The notes beneath the pieces were generated by a model. The model had not been told where the DNA came from, did no database searches, and worked only from the letters and a program-made list of their open reading frames with translations. 38,975 nt of DNA from a virus. Taxonomy: Duplodnaviria; Caudoviricetes. Numbering within the stretch: position 1 is the first letter of the stretch; each line of letters begins with the position of its first letter. The stretch is taken from IMG/VR virus record IMGVR_UViG_3300027819_000029, positions 1 to 38,975 of that record. One strand, written 5' to 3'. The position numbers and the translations under genes were made by a program. Positions 34,552 to 38,975 of the stretch are shown piece after piece.

Positions 34552-35381
34552 TACGCGGCGACCTCCGGCTTCGGGATGAACGGTTTCGCCAACTCCCGCG
34601 CCCGCCCAAGGGTCGAATTGAGCCACTTCGCAGTAAGGCGCTTCGGGTCCGCCTGATATTTCTCCGCGCCATCCGCCCCCGTGAATACCGTGAACTCCTT
34701 CATGGCGACCTCGACGGTGATCGACTTGGCGGCGGCGTACACGGCGCAAAGGTCGATGATCTCCCCGCGCTTCTCATCGTCCGTCTTCCCGCCGTCCTCG
34801 GGTTTCTTCTCCTGGGGGGGCTTCGTGGTCGCCTTCTCCTCCGTTCCCGTCATATCCTCGGCGGGAGTCGGGGCGTAACCGGCCAGCACGACGACCCATG
34901 CGAACACGTTCCGGAGGGCTTTCGCGCAAGCGCGGGTCTGCGCCATCGACCGGAGTTGGAAGAAAGGAACCTGCTCCTCGCCCACCTTGTTTCTCACCCG
35001 GTTTTCCTTCGGGCCGGACCATTCGTACTTTGACCGCGTGGACCACTTCTCCTCGTCGTTCATGCACATCGCCTCGGCAGCAGAGATAACCGCGCCGTCC
35101 TGCCGGATCACGGACGCCCGGGCGAGAAATCCCTTGGCGGCTCCGTAGTCGATGAACTCGGTGGAATCGACCTTCACGGTCGCCCCGTAGAACCGGGCCA
35201 ACAGCATCCAATCTTCAAACTCCAAATACTGCTCGCCGTTCATCATGACTTTCTTGTCTTTCTTGGCGAGCACATCCTTGAGTGCCTTTGCCGCCTTCTT
35301 CGCCTCCGCGAGTACCACTTCCGGCTCCCTGGAAATGATGATCCCGTGGGTACCTTCTTCGTAAATTGCCAGATCCGACAT
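34551..35381 (-). CDS. single-strand annealing recombinase (SSAP)
   Basis: 'SMAQTRAC.KALRN...GY.PTPAEDM'; adjacent to an exonuclease. Confidence 0.65.
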   Translation of the reverse strand: MSDLAIYEEGTHGIIISREPEVVLAEAKKAAKALKDVLAKKDKKVMMNGEQYLEFEDWMLLARFYGATVKVDSTEFIDYGAAKGFLARASVIRQDGAVISAAEAMCMNDEEKWSTRSKYEWSGPKENRVRNKVGEEQVPFFQLRSMAQTRACAKALRNVFAWVVVLAGYAPTPAEDMTGTEEKATTKPPQEKKPEDGGKTDDEKRGEIIDLCAVYAAAKSITVEVAMKEFTVFTGADGAEKYQADPKRLTAKWLNSTLGRARELAKPFIPKPEVAA

Positions 35382-35392
35382 GACTGTCCTCC

Positions 35393-35590
35393 TTAGTTCG
35401 ACTGATGATGCGCGGCGTGTTCGGACTGGTTGGCAAACACCGATAGATTCTCGGACCTGTTGTCATCTTTCATGGCATTCTTGTGGTGGACTACTTCTCC
35501 AAGGAAGAGGTGTCTTCCGATCATTTTCTCCGCGACAAGGACATGCTCGAAAACGTACCCTCCGGCGTCTGCCCGATGATGGTCGGGCAT
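35393..35590 (-). CDS. minimal/truncated HNH endonuclease
   Basis: 'PDHHRA...GYVFEHVLVAEK.IGR.L..GEVVHHKN..KDDNR.ENL'; no DNA-binding extension. Confidence 0.65.
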   Translation of the reverse strand: MPDHHRADAGGYVFEHVLVAEKMIGRHLFLGEVVHHKNAMKDDNRSENLSVFANQSEHAAHHQSN

Positions 35591-35730
35591 CACTCCCCCC
35601 GCTCCGCGATCAGCACTATCAGGCACGCCCCGGCCATTACGAGGACCGCCACGTCCCGGTGGTTCGAATGCGCGAGGACGAGGCCTGCGACGAACAGGGC
35701 GCCTACGAGAAAATGTTGACGGAGGGTCAC
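35590..35730 (-). CDS. small two-helix membrane protein (46 aa, not in ORF track)
   Basis: MTLRQHFLVGALFVAGLVLA...VAVLVMAGACLIVLIAERGE; coupled at both ends. Confidence 0.5.
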   Translation of the reverse strand: MTLRQHFLVGALFVAGLVLAHSNHRDVAVLVMAGACLIVLIAERGE

Positions 35731-35891
35731 TTCCCGCCCCACACCAGCAGCACGAACACCCCAGACGCGAGCGCCACGAGGATAAGCGTCGCCCAGTTCT
35801 GCGCCCTGTTCATAATCTCCGCGCCGGACTTGATGACGATTGGGTTTCTGGCGAGATCACCGCGTCGGTAGAAGGAAAGGTCGAGACTCAT
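35727..35891 (-). CDS. small membrane protein
   Basis: MSLDLSFYRRG...WATLILVALASGVFVLLVWGGK. Confidence 0.5.
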   Translation of the reverse strand: MSLDLSFYRRGDLARNPIVIKSGAEIMNRAQNWATLILVALASGVFVLLVWGGK

Positions 35892-36103
35892 GGATTCACC
35901 CCCAGAATTTCCGGCATCGTCTTCGCCCGGTACTTCATCTCGCGGCCCTTGTACTTTTCCTTCACGATCAGCCCCGCGTCGTGGAGCTCGTCCAGGCGCT
36001 TGGAGGGCGTCGTCGTGAAACAATCCTTGACGATCTCCGTGGAGGTGACGAAGCCGCCGCGCTGTTTCAGGTAGCGCAAGATGGCTTCCGCTTGGGGCTT
36101 CAT
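35888..36103 (-). CDS. winged helix-turn-helix protein
   Basis: 'QAEAILRYLK..G..TS.EI.......SKRL.EL...GLI'. Confidence 0.65.
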   Translation of the reverse strand: MKPQAEAILRYLKQRGGFVTSTEIVKDCFTTTPSKRLDELHDAGLIVKEKYKGREMKYRAKTMPEILGVNP

Positions 36104-36207
36104 GCGCGGCCCTCCTGCGGTCCCCTGAACGCCGCGATGATGGCGCGGTCCACGATCTTCTCGATGATCGCCGCGTCTTCCTTGCTCACGTTGAATCGAA
36201 CGTTCAT
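36100..36207 (-). CDS. small first gene of the leftward operon (35 aa)
   Basis: Strong SD AAAGGAGGAG before MNVRFNVSKED. Confidence 0.5.
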   Translation of the reverse strand: MNVRFNVSKEDAAIIEKIVDRAIIAAFRGPQEGRA

Positions 36208-36558
36208 CTCCTCCTCCTTTCGTTTTAGTGGCCCCGGCGGGGCGCTCTCGCTCCCTCGCGGCATGTGCTCACGCGAACGGACGGGGGGGACCTTGCGGGG
36301 CGGCGGATGGGCGCTCCGACTTAGCGATTCCGCCCGTAGGCACCATCCCTTGGACTCCCCCGACTCCGTGGGGAGTACCGCCCCTATCAAAATCTAGATC
36401 ATCAAAGAGCGCCTTTCGCTGGCCCCGCCAAGGCTTCGCGGGATTAAGGGCTGCCATGTGCCGCCCGCCGGTGCTACCACTCTTTCCCCGCCTCTCCTCC
36501 GCCACCTGGATCGCTTTCGCGGGTCCCGCAGGTTCGGGCGGGAGGGGATGTTGAGGTG

Positions 36559-36648
36559 ATACTCTCACGCATCCGGGAATGTGTCAACAATTATTTTTAG
36601 AGAAGGTGAAAGAAATAATTTGACACGGTAACAGCGATCCATTATAAG
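36559..36648. promoter_or_regulatory. back-to-back divergent promoters with inverted symmetry
   Basis: Left: TTGACA (36582-36587, minus), 17 nt, GAGTAT with TG; right: TTGACA (36620-36625), 17 nt, TATAAG; AT-rich spacer with GTGTCAA.AATTATTT / AAATAATT.TGACAC symmetry. Confidence 0.7.
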
Positions 36649-36667
36649 TATCCAAGGAGGGAATGCC

Positions 36668-36874
36668 ATGCCGCTAAAATTCAACGATGCCGAACGCCAT
36701 ATCCTTATCACGAAGGCGGGGCTATATCCGCAGTTGCTTGATTCGTGGGAGCGCGGAGTTTGCAATCCTGGCAAGGATAATGCCCTGGTCGTCGTGGAGT
36801 ACACGGGCCGCGACCTCGTTGACGTGCTATACGGGCGTAACCCGGAGGAGAAACCGAAGGCCGCATCCGCATGA
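36668..36874 (+). CDS. Cro/XRE-like HTH regulator
   Basis: 'AGL...LLDSWERG..NPG....L.V...TG..L.DVLYG'; first gene after the rightward promoter; SD AAGGAGG. Confidence 0.7.
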   Translation: MPLKFNDAERHILITKAGLYPQLLDSWERGVCNPGKDNALVVVEYTGRDLVDVLYGRNPEEKPKAASA

Positions 36875-37047
36875 CCTTCTCCTCCCCTCGGTACTCCGTA
36901 CCACGCGGCGGGTGGACTTGGAACGATGCGCCGAAGCCTCCCGCGCAACGATGCAGCCACCCCGGATGCGGCGCCATCCTGAAATCCCATCCGGCGTATC
37001 GCAAGACCGACTGTTGCCGGAAACATTACCGCGTGAGCGTCGCCTGA
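36871..37047 (+). CDS. small zinc-finger protein (58 aa, not in ORF track)
   Basis: 'CSHPGC...CCRKH'; ATGA/TGATG coupling. Confidence 0.55.
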   Translation: MTFSSPRYSVPRGGWTWNDAPKPPAQRCSHPGCGAILKSHPAYRKTDCCRKHYRVSVA

Positions 37048-37259
37048 TGCCCCGGCGCCTCGGCTCCCCGATCACGGATCCTCACGGTGTCTCCATCGAA
37101 GTCACCTGCCGGGGCAGCAGCAAGCGCGTTTCCTTGCGGTCGTGGAATCGATACGACGGCACCCTTGCCCATCATTTCACGCTGGCAGAATTCGCGCACG
37201 CCCTCGGGCTGACGATACCGCCGCGCTCCACGAAGAAGCGGGGGAGGAACAGGGTATGA
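37047..37259 (+). CDS. hypothetical protein
   Basis: Coupled at both ends. Confidence 0.5.
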   Translation: MPRRLGSPITDPHGVSIEVTCRGSSKRVSLRSWNRYDGTLAHHFTLAEFAHALGLTIPPRSTKKRGRNRV

Positions 37260-38110
37260 GGTGCCCGCTCGCCATAGATCTGTACTGTGGCCTTGGCGGC
37301 TGGACCGAGGGGCTGCTGGCAGAAGGGTATCGGGTGATCGGTTTTGATATTGAGCGACACGTTTACGGCGACCATCGATACCCGGCGCAACTTGTCATCC
37401 AGGACGTGACGACACTGCATGGGGCGCGGTTCAAGCGGGCGGCGCTGATTGTCGCCAGTCCTCCATGCCAGGCATATTCCTATAGGGCGATGCCATGGAG
37501 TCGCGCCAAGGCCCTGCCCCCGCCCGACAACGCATTATTCGACGCCTGCTTTCGGATACAAAGGGAAGCCTCCGCGGCGGCGGGACGCCATATACCGATG
37601 GTGGTCGAGAACGTCAGAGGAGCACAGAAATGGGTCGGTAAAGCGGCTTGGAATTTCGGTTCCTTTTATCTGTGGGGAGACGTCCCTGCGCTGATGCCAA
37701 TGACAAGAGTATACAAATCGCAGGGGATGAATTGGTCGGACCGGAGCAAGCGCGGGCAGGACTTTACCAGAATCGCAGGGGAACACGCGAAGAAACTGAG
37801 CGGATTCAGGTTTGATGGGAGCGGAAGGTCATTCCAGTCGGCTTGCGTTGACCACATAAAGGGTACCCCGCATCGCCCGAAAGGGCATTGGACGAATCCC
37901 GAGGAAAACGGGACGAAGCAGGGCGGCGATTGGTTTAATAATTCGCAGCCGTCAATTTCGCGATTGACCGGATCAAAAAGCCCCGCCCGCAAGGCCGCCT
38001 CTGCGATGATCGCCAAAATACCCCTCATATTGTCTCGGCATATCGCGCAGTGCTGGAGGCCGAAGACGGACGAGATCATCGGCAGGGCCATCATGGAGGC
38101 CACCGTATGA
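37256..38110 (+). CDS. DNA (cytosine-5) methyltransferase-like protein
   Basis: Motif I 'IDLYCGLGG', motif IV 'SPPCQAYS', motif VI 'VVENV'. Confidence 0.8.
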   Translation: MRCPLAIDLYCGLGGWTEGLLAEGYRVIGFDIERHVYGDHRYPAQLVIQDVTTLHGARFKRAALIVASPPCQAYSYRAMPWSRAKALPPPDNALFDACFRIQREASAAAGRHIPMVVENVRGAQKWVGKAAWNFGSFYLWGDVPALMPMTRVYKSQGMNWSDRSKRGQDFTRIAGEHAKKLSGFRFDGSGRSFQSACVDHIKGTPHRPKGHWTNPEENGTKQGGDWFNNSQPSISRLTGSKSPARKAASAMIAKIPLILSRHIAQCWRPKTDEIIGRAIMEATV

Positions 38111-38325
38111 CCCCCTGCCCCTGCTGCTCCTCCCCTCGCCCGCTCAACCTGCCGATCATCGGCATCCAGTACGGTATCGACGAATCCCCCGCGCTGATCC
38201 TATGGAATTGCCCGTGCGGGACAACGAGGGCGATCAAATGGGCCTCCGCCACCCTCCCGGAGCGGCAGCAGGCGCACCTCGCGGAAATGGCGCTGAGGCC
38301 GAGGAGTGAGGAGATGATGGGATGA
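38107..38325 (+). CDS. small zinc-binding protein
   Basis: CPCC...NCPCGTT; coupled start. Confidence 0.5.
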   Translation: MTPCPCCSSPRPLNLPIIGIQYGIDESPALILWNCPCGTTRAIKWASATLPERQQAHLAEMALRPRSEEMMG

Positions 38326-38340
38326 CCCTCCACGAACGCC

Positions 38341-38369
38341 TTGACAGCGCGGGGGATAGGGGTTATAGT
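38341..38369 (+). promoter_or_regulatory. sigma70-type promoter upstream of the replication gene
   Basis: TTGACA (38341-38346), 17 nt, TATAGT (38364-38369). Confidence 0.7.
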
Positions 38370-38507
38370 GGGGGTATTAAATATGCGTCGAGGGTGACGG
38401 CCCATGACGATCCACGGTAAAAATACGACCTCCGGTGAACGATGCGCTCCTGCGCTTGCGTTCTTTACCGCCGTCGTGCCGTCACATCACGGCGGACGGA
38501 GGACAAT

Positions 38508-38975
38508 TTGACTCCACAATTCCGAATAAAGAATTGGAAGAAACATCAGCACTATAAAGGCCGCCGCCCCCCTTGGATAAAACTTCACGCCGCCCTTCTG
38601 GACGACTACGAATTTGAGTGCTTGCAGGATGATAGCAAGATGCACCTTATCGCTATCTGGTTACTTGCAAGCCGGTCCCGAGACTGCCACCCTGACGGAG
38701 ATCCCCTCCTACCTGAAGATGAACCGTACCTCACAAAAAAGGCGGGACTAAAAAAGAAGGTGTCTCTAACCCCCTTATTCTCAAGCGGTTTCCTTGTACG
38801 CTATCAACTTGATAGCAACTTGATAGCAGAGCGCAAGCAACTTGTACCTACAGAGACAGAGACAGAGACAGAGACAGAGACATATAAAGAAGAGACATAT
38901 AAAGAAGAGACATATAAAGAAGAGGTAGATACAGAAGGATCATTGTCGGCTACCGCCGACCTCCCCTACCTTTGG
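38508..38975 (+). CDS. phage replication initiator, 5' part (runs off the window)
   Basis: SD GGAGG (38498-38502) + TTG; 'FRIKNWKKHQHYK.RRPPWIKLH..LLDD.EF..L...K..LI.IWLLAS'; open to the window end, with a 'TETETE' linker. Confidence 0.75.
   Translation, partial: MTPQFRIKNWKKHQHYKGRRPPWIKLHAALLDDYEFECLQDDSKMHLIAIWLLASRSRDCHPDGDPLLPEDEPYLTKKAGLKKKVSLTPLFSSGFLVRYQLDSNLIAERKQLVPTETETETETETYKEETYKEETYKEEVDTEGSLSATADLPYLW
38800..38924 (+). repeat. iteron-like repeats within the initiator gene (putative origin)
   Basis: Palindrome GCTATCAA-C-TTGATAGC, tandem CAACTTGATAG x2, (ACAGAG)x5, (GAGACATATAAAGAA)x3. Confidence 0.7.

Noticed and set aside
36225-36345. tRNA-like element on the minus strand ending ...GGGGCCA
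   Set aside because: No TTCGA T-loop, D-arm or consistent cloverleaf
38850-38924. Tandem repeats as a CRISPR array
   Set aside because: No spacers; 6- and 15-nt coding tandem repeats

Overview
A large part of a tailed-phage genome (GC-rich, podovirus-like: no tape measure or tail tube gene seen, but adaptor, nozzle and ejection-type genes are present). The + strand carries packaging (ParB-like, TerS, TerL), portal, scaffold, major capsid, capsid cement, a glycosyltransferase-methyltransferase fusion, tail/ejection genes, signal-peptide-bearing fibre/spike genes and lysis genes. A leftward early block (SSAP, exonuclease, Mom-like gene) follows, then a divergent promoter pair, a Cro-like gene, a C5 DNA methyltransferase and the start of a replication initiator. 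The head module is heavily invaded by self-splicing elements that the ORF track misses. (1) TerL contains a 330-aa intein whose HNH endonuclease is a separate gene, with its own RBS, nested in a different reading frame, while the intein frame stays open across it. (2) The major capsid gene is split by an 851-nt group I intron. (3) The capsid cement gene has three exons separated by two sister group I introns (220 and 685 nt) that share an 81/82-nt near-identical core. Both intron endonucleases are antisense, sit in the P2 loop, have their own extended -10 promoters and read back through P1. Further endonuclease genes overlap lysis-gene ends or have a hairpin-masked RBS. All calls come from manual reading; no database searches were run.
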